IMG/VR virus record: IMGVR_UViG_3300020409_000023
Span: 1-51,351 of that record
Direction: 5' to 3' (one strand)
DNA length: 51,351 nucleotides
Source of the DNA: a virus
Taxonomy: Duplodnaviria > Caudoviricetes
Both the position numbers and the translations under genes were made by a program. Below, one piece after another: positions 27,290 through 36,016 of this stretch (position 1 is its first letter; every line of letters starts with the position of its first letter). The notes beneath the pieces were generated by a model. It saw only the letters and a program-made list of their open reading frames with translations, ran no database searches and was not told the DNA's origin.

Positions 27290-28001
27290 CTTCTAATTGT
27301 TTTATTCTTTGTTTTAATACGTTTATAAGTCTTCTTATACCGTCTTTTCTTCGAAAACTACCAACTGCTTTTTTATAATTTGGACCATAATAATAATCTA
27401 TTGGTTTATGTACCGTGTTTCCATGAATCGAGCCGTCTGTATAACGAGCTACTGGTAATTCTTCTATAATACATTGTTCAATATAATAATCATTTTCATA
27501 GGTATACGGTGCCAAATCTATAACTTCTAAAGGATTCGTTAGCTCAACAACTTCAACATTACATTTACCATAATGTCCCTCATGCCATTTAGCGTTATCA
27601 GTAAAAATACTTTCTGAGGGACTAAGTCGTTTATTATCATCGTATCTAGTCAAAGCACTACACTTATCACTACAATATAATGTTTGATTACCAATAAGTT
27701 CTTTATCACAAACCACACATTTTAGTTCTCTATTTTCTTTACGTAGTTTTTCTAATTCTTTATCTAATGCAGCGATACGTTTATCTCGTTTTGCTCTTTC
27801 TTCTAATAATCTTTTTTCTTGTCTTTTCTTCGCTCTTTCTAGTTTTCTTTTATTTTTAATATACTTTACTTCTTCTTCACGACAAGCAACTGAACAATAC
27901 TTACGTTTACGACCACCAAAATTATCTCCACACCACTCACATTCATGTGGTTTTTGGCTTTTATCTTCTAATAATCCGTACTGCAGTATAAAATTAACCA
28001 T
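27249..28001 (-). CDS. Protein with two CxxC...YCSxxC zinc-binding modules
   Basis: CEWC...KYCSVAC and CVVC...LYCSDKC separated by a basic coiled coil; first ATG at 28001. Confidence 0.7.
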   Translation of the reverse strand: MVNFILQYGLLEDKSQKPHECEWCGDNFGGRKRKYCSVACREEEVKYIKNKRKLERAKKRQEKRLLEERAKRDKRIAALDKELEKLRKENRELKCVVCDKELIGNQTLYCSDKCSALTRYDDNKRLSPSESIFTDNAKWHEGHYGKCNVEVVELTNPLEVIDLAPYTYENDYYIEQCIIEELPVARYTDGSIHGNTVHKPIDYYYGPNYKKAVGSFRRKDGIRRLINVLKQRIKQLEDGEREEPMVVNAD

Positions 28002-28008
28002 AATACTT

Positions 28009-28040
28009 ATAATAAAGGTCAATATACGTTAAGTAAAGGA
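28009..28040 (-). promoter_or_regulatory. Promoter P7 (possibly leaderless transcript)
   Basis: CC-TTTACT-N17-TATTAT, 7 nt before ATG 28001. Confidence 0.6.
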
Positions 28041-28181
28041 GTACAGACGAGCAAAACGCGTCTAAGCTAAAATAAGCCCATCTGGGCGTAGTTAGGTATT
28101 TCTTAACTAAAACCCTCGGAGTCCTTTGAAAAACGCCGTACGTGCGGTTTCTGGGAACCGATTTTAAAAAATCCGTTAATT

Positions 28182-28517
28182 TTATAGCCATCCCGTATGC
28201 GGTGCTACTTTTTGATTATCGGACGCTAATTTAATATCAACTTCTTTTAACCACTCATCGTAAGCCCTTTTAGTTTGTTCATTATCTTGATAGAGTTGCA
28301 TAAACTCTGTCCATTTATTACGGGCTATTTGTACGCCCCTATAATAATCACCGTCACCTAACTTACAACGGGTTATTATTTGCCAAACTCTTTGTTTAGT
28401 TAAATCGTACTTCTCACCTAGTTCTGCTAACGTTTCTTCTGATTCTTTCCAATCGTCGTAGATTGCTCGATAACGTTTAGCGTTTTGTTCTGCTTTATAT
28501 GTATCTATACCTCTCAT
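28182..28517 (-). CDS. HTH protein (sigma-70 region 4-like)
   Basis: TLAELGEKYDLTKQRVWQII. Confidence 0.75.
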   Translation of the reverse strand: MRGIDTYKAEQNAKRYRAIYDDWKESEETLAELGEKYDLTKQRVWQIITRCKLGDGDYYRGVQIARNKWTEFMQLYQDNEQTKRAYDEWLKEVDIKLASDNQKVAPHTGWL

Positions 28518-30373
28518 AGTATCTCCTTCGTTTCACCCCAAGACGTGCCAAGTTCTACATCTACTAACAACGGCACTGCTAGTTTTACACAGTTTTGCAT
28601 TGTTTTAGAAATAAGTAGAGCTTGTTCTTGATCAACTACCGAAACATCAACTTCATCGTGTACTTGTAGGTGCGGGACAATACCTTGTTCCCATAGACCT
28701 AACATCGCTAATTTAGTCATGTCTGCAGCAGAACCTTGAATTAATCTATTAAGGGCTTTATATGTAAATGATCTTTTTAAATTATCTCCGTATTTTTCTT
28801 GAGCTTCTTTTAAAGGCAACGGAGTAGAGCGTTCGTATTTATCTTCCCATAAATCAAAACGACATCGTCTACCTGCAAAAGTTTTTATATATCCTCTATC
28901 CATAGCTACGCGAGTACAATAATCTTGTAGAGCTCTAATAAAAGGTACTTTTTCATGGTATTGTAGAAATAGAGCTTCTGCTTCTAAATCATCAACACCT
29001 AGTTCTTTAATTAGTTTTTCTTTACCCATGCCATAGCTAAGTCCTAGATTTATCGTCTTAGCTTGTTTACGTGGTATTTTTGCCATATCAGCTACAATCT
29101 GATGAAAGTCAGCATTATCATCAGTATATTGAGCTACTGCGTCTTTTGCTCCTGTTAGGTTCATCTGATCAGCATAATGTACAGTAAGTCTAGGTTCTTG
29201 TTGTGAGTAATCAAAAACCCCCCACTGACAACCGTCTTCAGGAATAAATAAAGAACGTATAAGATTACCTATTTCAGGGTCACGAGCAGGTACTTGTTGT
29301 AGATTAGGATTACTATAACTAAACCGACCACTGACCGTGCCACCACGATCATTACGCATAGCATGAGCTTCCGCGTGTATCCTGCCGTTAAAACAATGTT
29401 CTTGAATCATCTTTTCAATAAACGTTGTTCTAGCTTTATTTAGTTTTCTAGCCCTAACAATTAACTGCGGTAGTTCATGCTCGTGTCCCTCTAACCAATC
29501 TTTTTGAAAACTAGCCATACCTTTTGCAGTATGTGGGTACCAAAGTTTATTTTTATCGAAGATAGCTTGTAATGAAGCGTTAGCCCAAAGATTAACTTCG
29601 GCACCATACTTACGCTTTATTTCTACTTGTATCTTCTGTTCTTCGGTAGAGAGCTGTTTACTAACTTGTTCGGCTCGTTCTTCATCTACCCTAACACCAC
29701 GCCACCGCATTTCTAATAACAACGGTATTAAACGACACTCCATAGTAAGTATTTTTTCTAAATCTTGAGCAACAACTTCAGCTTTTAATTTATGCCAAAG
29801 TTTTAAAGTCAACGCTGCGTCTTGTTGTCCGTAAGGACCAACGTATTTTGCAGGTAGTTTATACATCTCTGATTTAGGATTAATACCGAATGCTAAAGCA
29901 GCATCACGTAATAACGATTCATCTTTCTTTTCGTTACAATAAAACTCACCTAGATTATCTAACGAATAAGAATAGCGATGTTCATCAATTAAGGGAGCAG
30001 CTACGATAGTATCTAAAATATTGCCTTTTATTTCTACGCCTTCTCGTCTTAACCAACCTACGTCATAGAGTGCGTTATGGAATATAACGTCTCGTTTAGT
30101 AGAGCCAAGTAGATTACGTAACCAACGTAAAACAATATCTTCATCTAAGTTGCCACCGCCTTGATGACGGATAGGAAAATAACCTGACCACTTTTCAGTA
30201 GCTACCCCAATACCTACAATATACCCACGACTTGTAGCCCAGCCTGGACCACAAGTCAATAAGTGTGGGTCGTAAGTTTCTAAGTCTATCGCCACGGTTT
30301 CTGTTTCCGAAAACTGCGGAAACACGTCAGGTACAGACCAAGAACTTTCGGGAGCAAAAAGTGGTTGCTGCAT
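28514..30373 (-). CDS. polA: DNA polymerase family A (3'-5' exonuclease + polymerase), Leu762 type
   Basis: Exo I IDLET, Exo II HNALYD; motif A FDYSQQEPR, motif B RKQAKTINLGLSYG, motif C QVHDE. Confidence 0.95.
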   Translation of the reverse strand: MQQPLFAPESSWSVPDVFPQFSETETVAIDLETYDPHLLTCGPGWATSRGYIVGIGVATEKWSGYFPIRHQGGGNLDEDIVLRWLRNLLGSTKRDVIFHNALYDVGWLRREGVEIKGNILDTIVAAPLIDEHRYSYSLDNLGEFYCNEKKDESLLRDAALAFGINPKSEMYKLPAKYVGPYGQQDAALTLKLWHKLKAEVVAQDLEKILTMECRLIPLLLEMRWRGVRVDEERAEQVSKQLSTEEQKIQVEIKRKYGAEVNLWANASLQAIFDKNKLWYPHTAKGMASFQKDWLEGHEHELPQLIVRARKLNKARTTFIEKMIQEHCFNGRIHAEAHAMRNDRGGTVSGRFSYSNPNLQQVPARDPEIGNLIRSLFIPEDGCQWGVFDYSQQEPRLTVHYADQMNLTGAKDAVAQYTDDNADFHQIVADMAKIPRKQAKTINLGLSYGMGKEKLIKELGVDDLEAEALFLQYHEKVPFIRALQDYCTRVAMDRGYIKTFAGRRCRFDLWEDKYERSTPLPLKEAQEKYGDNLKRSFTYKALNRLIQGSAADMTKLAMLGLWEQGIVPHLQVHDEVDVSVVDQEQALLISKTMQNCVKLAVPLLVDVELGTSWGETKEIL

Positions 30374-30375
30374 AA

Positions 30376-30666
30376 TTACTTTTTCTTTTTAACTATCTTA
30401 GTAACTTTTGCTTTAGGTTTCTTTTTCTTTGGAGCTTTACCACCTACCCATGCTTCATTTACATCAGGAGTAGTAGGGTCGTCAGCCACAAATCTACCTT
30501 TTTTACCACGTGCTCGTTTTACTTCTGCTACTTCTTCTTCAAATTTATCTAAAGTTACCGTAGCTTCCTCAATAGCGTCTGCTAAAACTTTTTCATCTTT
30601 AGTTTCTACAGATTTTTTAGTATTGTCTGTAAAAAATAGACTTTTAATTCTTTGCCATAAACCCAT
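30376..30666 (-). CDS. Conserved phage protein
   Basis: RARGKKGRFVADDPTTPDVNEAW motif with Lys-rich tail; AGGAG RBS. Confidence 0.8.
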   Translation of the reverse strand: MGLWQRIKSLFFTDNTKKSVETKDEKVLADAIEEATVTLDKFEEEVAEVKRARGKKGRFVADDPTTPDVNEAWVGGKAPKKKKPKAKVTKIVKKKK

Positions 30667-30668
30667 AA

Positions 30669-31025
30669 TTAATCTCCTGTTGGTATGCCCTCTGAGGTCA
30701 CTGGTTCAGAATAAACTGCTTTAGTTTCTTGCTCAGAATCATTTATTAAAATATCGTTTTCTACTAATAATAAATATCTACGTAAATCGCGGATATCATC
30801 TAGTAGTCCTGCTTCGCCTTTAAATGCTTCACCTGCTTCAAAGATATCCCACCCGTGTTTTTCAGACTGGTGTTCTATCCTATCGAACTTACGTGCTAAC
30901 ATCATAAAAGCCCCTACGCCACCTCTACGTTTCCAAGAGTCACCGTAAGAAACTTCAGCTCTTTTCAACGCTTCTAGGTCGTTTTGGGCTATGTCTTTCA
31001 TAGCTTCCCAATTACTAATCGCCAT
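30669..31025 (-). CDS. Nucleotide-modification-associated all-alpha protein (Nmad1/DUF1599-like NTP pyrophosphatase fold)
   Basis: SYGDSW...KFDRIE...LDDIRDLRRYLLL pattern; next to the TS homologue; start moved behind AAGGAG. Confidence 0.65.
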   Translation of the reverse strand: MAISNWEAMKDIAQNDLEALKRAEVSYGDSWKRRGGVGAFMMLARKFDRIEHQSEKHGWDIFEAGEAFKGEAGLLDDIRDLRRYLLLVENDILINDSEQETKAVYSEPVTSEGIPTGD

Positions 31026-31035
31026 AATTTGCTCC

Positions 31036-32106
31036 TTAGTTGTCCGCAATTTTTAATGTGAAAGTAGTGTCTCGTTTGCGGACCCATTCGAAACACGCTT
31101 TCATCCAATCGTATGCTTTAATTTTATTAATCCAAGCATAAGAATCCTCGTATTGTCTATGTTTATGTAACATATAAGCATTAACCATAGGTATTGCTAC
31201 ATCCCGTATAGACGGGTTTTGAAAAGTTTTTATTGGTCCCGTATATTCTTTAGTTGAAAATAATTCACCTGTCGTTATAACATCATCAAACGCCTCGAAA
31301 AATAAATTTAATTCCCAGTGAAAAGTTTTAGAATGAGTTATTAAAGGTACAAGGTCTTTTTGTTTAATATATTCATAATCGTTTTTAGTAGAACGCCAAC
31401 TATAAATATCAATAACGCCTAACTCTTTACAACGTTCCCAAACGTCGTTTTGATAAACATGAAAACTATCGCTAATTTGAGTATATTCACCAACAGTTAT
31501 TTCTAATCTCGAAGCAAGGTATTCTTGTAACATTGACATATGTACTACGTTGGCACCGTACGCTCCCCAAAGCATATCGTTCGAACGGTTACAAACAGTC
31601 ATATTTAATTTTTTATCTCTAACTTTAAAATAAATATGGGTATTACAAGGCACGTCTTTACCGTCCCTATCTAAATCTTCTTTAACGTCCCACATCTGTA
31701 ACACTGCTCGTCTATCGTTAGGGTTACGTCTTAACATATCGATAATAATTTCTAATTGATCTTTATCAAAATATTTTTTCCAACGCCAACCGTAAGCCCC
31801 CCATAAAGTTTCGTTATCATCAGAAAAATCTCGCATAGATTTTACAAAAAAAGTTAAAGGTCTTAAATCGTTACGTCCATGTAACATCCATAGTCCTTCT
31901 ATAAAATGGAAAAAAGGATTAGCGTCGCGTTTTTCACAAAACAATACACGTTCCGTAGGTTTTTGATAGACCGTAGTTACTGGTTCTACTGCTTCTAGCG
32001 TCAACCCGTTTCTACTTTCTTGTTCTCGATAATTAGTTTTATCTAAAAAGAAATCGACACCTAATCTAAAAGCGTCGTTTATATTTCGTGCGGTTATTAC
32101 TTTCAT
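31036..32106 (-). CDS. Thymidylate synthase homologue, likely dUMP hydroxymethylase
   Basis: GAYGWRW, DRRAVL, catalytic PCN, RSND.xxG....N (Asn = dUMP-type specificity position), SFHVY. Confidence 0.8.
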   Translation of the reverse strand: MKVITARNINDAFRLGVDFFLDKTNYREQESRNGLTLEAVEPVTTVYQKPTERVLFCEKRDANPFFHFIEGLWMLHGRNDLRPLTFFVKSMRDFSDDNETLWGAYGWRWKKYFDKDQLEIIIDMLRRNPNDRRAVLQMWDVKEDLDRDGKDVPCNTHIYFKVRDKKLNMTVCNRSNDMLWGAYGANVVHMSMLQEYLASRLEITVGEYTQISDSFHVYQNDVWERCKELGVIDIYSWRSTKNDYEYIKQKDLVPLITHSKTFHWELNLFFEAFDDVITTGELFSTKEYTGPIKTFQNPSIRDVAIPMVNAYMLHKHRQYEDSYAWINKIKAYDWMKACFEWVRKRDTTFTLKIADN

Positions 32107-33020
32107 AATTCGTATTTGCTTTTACCTGCTACTACATCCTCTACTATAGGCAAGTCGTTTTGTTTATAGATAGAACGTGTCCTACCCTCATTTTTAAGAA
32201 TACGTGAGTATTTATCAAACTCACATAAACCCCCTTCTATCTCCCTTAATTCATAGTTAACAGAGTTTCTTTTAGTAACCCAAGAATTTCTTTCGAATGC
32301 TATTTTTAACAACTCTTGCATTTCACTGTTCCAATCATGACTACGTAAACAATAATCTAATGGTCTACCTGTTAAACGATTAAGACCTCGCATAGCTCCT
32401 GGACCTGCGTTAGCCCAAGTCATAATATCATTAGCTTCATCTAATAAATATGTATGTCTTAAATCAGTAACTACTTCATACGCCATAAATGGACCCATGT
32501 ACGGGTAGTCTCGTAAAGTTTCCCAACAAAACTCTAAAGAAGACTCGTTTAATGTTTTCTTATTTTCTAATTTAGTTACTAAATAATCTTTATCATTCCA
32601 CATATGACTTACACACTCAGCTACCCCTGTAACTTTATCCATACGGTTTGGAGTTTTAATAATATAAGAACCAGTAATCCATTTAGGTTGTTGTTTAATA
32701 AGTTCAATAGCTTTCTTCCTATCCCAGTTAAACAATAAATCATTTTCTATTAACGTTCTTCCTGTTTCTATTAAATTAAACCACCTAAAAATTATTACTG
32801 CCATAAAAACTCTAGGGTCGTCTCGTAATGGTTCTCTAATATGTTTTTTAAGCCACCGAGTAGTTCTATCTTCTTCTCGATACACTTGACAGAATTTAAA
32901 CTCTTGTAAGATAGGATCATCAGTCCAAGGTGCGGGTAGACCGTTTTCTTTCTTTCTACGAATACTTTCCCGTTCTTCTTGCCAATAAAAATATCTATCG
33001 AGTTCTTCTGCAATAAACAT
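32103..33020 (-). CDS. 5-hmdU DNA kinase-type helical protein (aGPT-Pplase1 family)
   Basis: ERESIRRKK..G.PAPWTDDPILQEFKFCQVYREEDR, FRWFN, GPFMAYEVVTDL, GPGAMRGL, IEGGLCEFDKY. Confidence 0.85.
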   Translation of the reverse strand: MFIAEELDRYFYWQEERESIRRKKENGLPAPWTDDPILQEFKFCQVYREEDRTTRWLKKHIREPLRDDPRVFMAVIIFRWFNLIETGRTLIENDLLFNWDRKKAIELIKQQPKWITGSYIIKTPNRMDKVTGVAECVSHMWNDKDYLVTKLENKKTLNESSLEFCWETLRDYPYMGPFMAYEVVTDLRHTYLLDEANDIMTWANAGPGAMRGLNRLTGRPLDYCLRSHDWNSEMQELLKIAFERNSWVTKRNSVNYELREIEGGLCEFDKYSRILKNEGRTRSIYKQNDLPIVEDVVAGKSKYEL

Positions 33021-33871
33021 TACTTCTTAGTTAATCTCCAAGCACAGTTATTAGCGTGTTCAGGATACATAGTCGCTGCTGCCATACGTAAAAACTGTTT
33101 ACCGAAACGCTCACTTAACATAATCATTTGTTCGTCTGACCACTCTATCTTTAAATCACGAGTGCCATCAAACCTAGCTTTCTTTAAATTAGGCATTTGT
33201 ATAAACGTACCCGTAACCGCTTCAATATTAAAGTTACGTTCTAGTTCTTCTTTTAGTTCTTCAAAGCCCCACTCATAAACGTGGTCTTCAGGTAACTTAT
33301 CATTTGACCCGTCATGGTTAGGTGTAGAAACATAGCCCAGTGCGTCAGGTCGCATAACCCTAGCTACATCATCTAACCATGCGGGTACAAACTCTCTACC
33401 CATATGTTCAATAACTTCGGTAGACCAAAAGAAATCTATACTTTCATCAGGTAAATCAAACACAGGGTTTACCGTTAAATCTTGTATTCTTATTTGTCCG
33501 TTAAAGTTTTTAAACCAAGTAGATTCTTCTAACCTACCTCCTGCGTTAGACCAAAATTTATTTTCTAACTCACAAGCAGGGTCGATATCGTAACCATAAT
33601 AAGAACGGATAATATCAGACTTTTTAACTACGTATGCTTTATATAAACAACGTAACGCCCAACACTCTCCACAACCAACTTCTAAAGTATCTAAGGGTCT
33701 ACCCAACACTTTAGCTTCATCTATCGCTAAACTAGCAATTTTATCAAAACGACTCATATGAGCTAATTCATCTGGTCGCCAGTTACCTAGCACCCCTGCT
33801 GAAGCAAGGTCCATTCTAGTATTTTTACTGTCATTTTCATTGACAGTAAGTTTCTTTCTAATTGATGACAT
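33020..33871 (-). CDS. Class I SAM-dependent methyltransferase
   Basis: LEVGCG (motif I), YGYDID, STEVIEH, VSTPN, HVYEW; small-molecule (UbiG/Methyltransf_11-like) pattern with no DPPY or PC motif. Confidence 0.85.
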   Translation of the reverse strand: MSSIRKKLTVNENDSKNTRMDLASAGVLGNWRPDELAHMSRFDKIASLAIDEAKVLGRPLDTLEVGCGECWALRCLYKAYVVKKSDIIRSYYGYDIDPACELENKFWSNAGGRLEESTWFKNFNGQIRIQDLTVNPVFDLPDESIDFFWSTEVIEHMGREFVPAWLDDVARVMRPDALGYVSTPNHDGSNDKLPEDHVYEWGFEELKEELERNFNIEAVTGTFIQMPNLKKARFDGTRDLKIEWSDEQMIMLSERFGKQFLRMAAATMYPEHANNCAWRLTKK

Positions 33872-33905
33872 ATATTCTCCTTTCTAAAAAATTAATCACA
33901 TATTT

Positions 33906-33940
33906 ATTATCCTTTACTTTTATATGCAAAGTAAAGAACT
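33906..33940 (-). promoter_or_regulatory. Promoter P8 of modification/PolA operon, embedded in an inverted repeat
   Basis: TTC-TTTACT-N18-GATAAT; CTTTACTTT-N7-AAAGTAAAG palindrome at 33912-33936. Confidence 0.6.
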
Positions 33941-33941
33941 T

Positions 33942-35438
33942 TTATACTTGATAGCAGCGTGTTGTTTTAGGCTCAATCAAATATAAATTCTCTTTCGTTC
34001 TAGTAATACCTACATAAAACACTCTATTTTCATCATCAGGATTACGTTGGTAGTTTTTATAAACTCGTGCCGTAATATCCGTTAATAGCACTACATTAGT
34101 TGCTTCTCCACCTTTTGCTGCATGAATAGTAGATAAACGTATACGTGGTTCTTTTGTTATTTTTTCTCCTCTACGTAACATGGCTCGTATATAACTTATT
34201 TCTTTTACACTTAACATAGTAAAAGCATCATACCAACGACCTTCAGGTAAATCAGGAAACATATTTTTTAAATCTTGATACTGCATGGTTAAATCAGCAT
34301 CAACCACCTCTAGTTTTTTACTATCTTTAATTCGCATATATTTCAAAATATTTATACATTCAACCATGGGTATTGTTCTACCTTGATTTAGTCGTTCCCA
34401 ATTTATTACGGCTCTGATTTTCTTTTCAGAGATACTAGGTCTACCTTTTACTTCAAAAAACCAACCTTGATTTCTACAATACTCGTCTACTTCTTCTAAT
34501 AAATAATTAGTCCTAGCTAACACTAGCCACTCACCTTCTTCCATATTTACTAATTCAATAGTTGGTTCCCAACGTACGGTGCCTTGTTCTTTTCTAGGCG
34601 TCCATTCTTTATAGATTCTAGAACGTACTTGGTCGATACAACGTTTAGCTACTTCATGCACTTCTAAAGGTACGCGATATGATTGTTTTAAGACTAAAGC
34701 ATTGTTAGAGTTTTTAATTAAATACTCAACATCTGCCCCTGCCCATTTATAAATTGCTTGATCATCATCACCTGCAACATAAATACGGTCAGCTTTTTCT
34801 GTTAGTTTACGTACTACCGCCCATTGTAACGGTGATAAATCTTGAGCTTCGTCTACGAACATAACATCTAATTTAGGCACATCACCACGTAATAAAAATT
34901 GTTGTAACATATCTGTATAATCAACTAATAATCTATCTTCTTTAAACAAACGTAGCCCTCTAGCGTAACGTTCTAACTCAAACCACCCTACTGCGTCTTC
35001 TACTTCGTGCCATTGTTGTTCTAACGGTATCTCTCGCATACGAGCTAAGTTTTCTATAAACGCTAAACGATCATCATGTGTCATAGCAAACAGATGTCCA
35101 TCATCTGAATTAGTGCGTCCTGTTAAACGAATATTTAATTTTTCATTTAAATCTAATATATCGGAATGACTTATAACACTTTCTCTACTTAGTCCTAGTT
35201 GTCTAAACGCTAACGAATGTAACGTTCTAAAAAACGGTAAATCTTTATTAGCAATATTAAAACGTTGCATAGCCCTTTCTTTACCCTCGTTTACGGCTTT
35301 TTTAGTAAATGTAAAAAAGCCAATACTTTCTGGTTTTGTACCTTTTTCTAACTCATCTTCTATTAACCCTAATAAAGTGCTGGTTTTACCCGTTCCAGGA
35401 GGTCCAAGAATTACTTGAGTATGAGCAGGTAATGTCAT
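33942..35438 (-). CDS. UvrD/Rep-family SF1 helicase
   Basis: GPPGTGKT, FTFTKKA, VDEAQD, GDDDQAIY, QSYR, STIHAAKGGE, YVGITR. Confidence 0.93.
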   Translation of the reverse strand: MTLPAHTQVILGPPGTGKTSTLLGLIEDELEKGTKPESIGFFTFTKKAVNEGKERAMQRFNIANKDLPFFRTLHSLAFRQLGLSRESVISHSDILDLNEKLNIRLTGRTNSDDGHLFAMTHDDRLAFIENLARMREIPLEQQWHEVEDAVGWFELERYARGLRLFKEDRLLVDYTDMLQQFLLRGDVPKLDVMFVDEAQDLSPLQWAVVRKLTEKADRIYVAGDDDQAIYKWAGADVEYLIKNSNNALVLKQSYRVPLEVHEVAKRCIDQVRSRIYKEWTPRKEQGTVRWEPTIELVNMEEGEWLVLARTNYLLEEVDEYCRNQGWFFEVKGRPSISEKKIRAVINWERLNQGRTIPMVECINILKYMRIKDSKKLEVVDADLTMQYQDLKNMFPDLPEGRWYDAFTMLSVKEISYIRAMLRRGEKITKEPRIRLSTIHAAKGGEATNVVLLTDITARVYKNYQRNPDDENRVFYVGITRTKENLYLIEPKTTRCYQV

Positions 35439-36016
35439 ATCCCTGTCCTAAAAGTTAAATTTACTCGCTCCCCACCACCTACAACATCAGGCACTGCATG
35501 GGTAGCTTTCATCTGTGAGTGACCATCAAACACGAAGGTATCACCATTTTCCATTAAATAATTAGTCAATCTTTTCTTAGCTATATAGTTTGTGTTGATT
35601 TTACTGGTCGCGGTATGTTCTTTAATATTACGTTTATATTCTTGCCACTGAAACACTCTAGGTGAGCCGAAAGATATAGACACAACTAAATCGTCTAAGG
35701 TAGGTACAGTATCAGAATGATGTGGTATACCTTTACCATCAACGCCATAGTAACCACATAAACAAAAATTAAAATCAACGGTTCTACCAAATTCTTGTTT
35801 TATAAAAGTTTCTAAATTACCTTTGATATAATTCATTGGTTGTGTCCAAGGTACAGGTTTATACAACCTACCTGCGTATTCAAAATTAGCAGTACCAAAT
35901 GCTTTAGTTTTTCTACCTTGTATATCTTTTCCGTTAAATTTTCTATTTACGGGTTCGTCCCATTCTGTTATTAATGGGTTAAATCCGTTAAATTTACTTT
36001 TATAAAATTTAATCAT
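35435..36016 (-). CDS. alkB: AlkB-family 2OG-Fe(II) dioxygenase (ALKBH2/3-like)
   Basis: HSD...THAVP...RVNLTFR; ISFGSPRVF; FNFCLC.YY. Confidence 0.85.
   Translation of the reverse strand: MIKFYKSKFNGFNPLITEWDEPVNRKFNGKDIQGRKTKAFGTANFEYAGRLYKPVPWTQPMNYIKGNLETFIKQEFGRTVDFNFCLCGYYGVDGKGIPHHSDTVPTLDDLVVSISFGSPRVFQWQEYKRNIKEHTATSKINTNYIAKKRLTNYLMENGDTFVFDGHSQMKATHAVPDVVGGGERVNLTFRTGI

Noticed and set aside
27994-28191. 65-aa - strand ORF
   Set aside because: Runs across promoter P7 and an inverted-repeat-rich gap with no convincing RBS; treated as non-coding, though not excluded.
32795-33013. 72-aa alternative-frame ORF inside the 5-hmdU kinase-type gene (likewise 3108-3290 and 10803-11009)
   Set aside because: Fully nested out-of-frame ORFs with no independent evidence.
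33020-33871. Methyltransferase as a restriction-modification DNA MTase
   Set aside because: Lacks the (D/N/S)PP(Y/F) and PC catalytic motifs; pattern fits small-molecule class I MTases.
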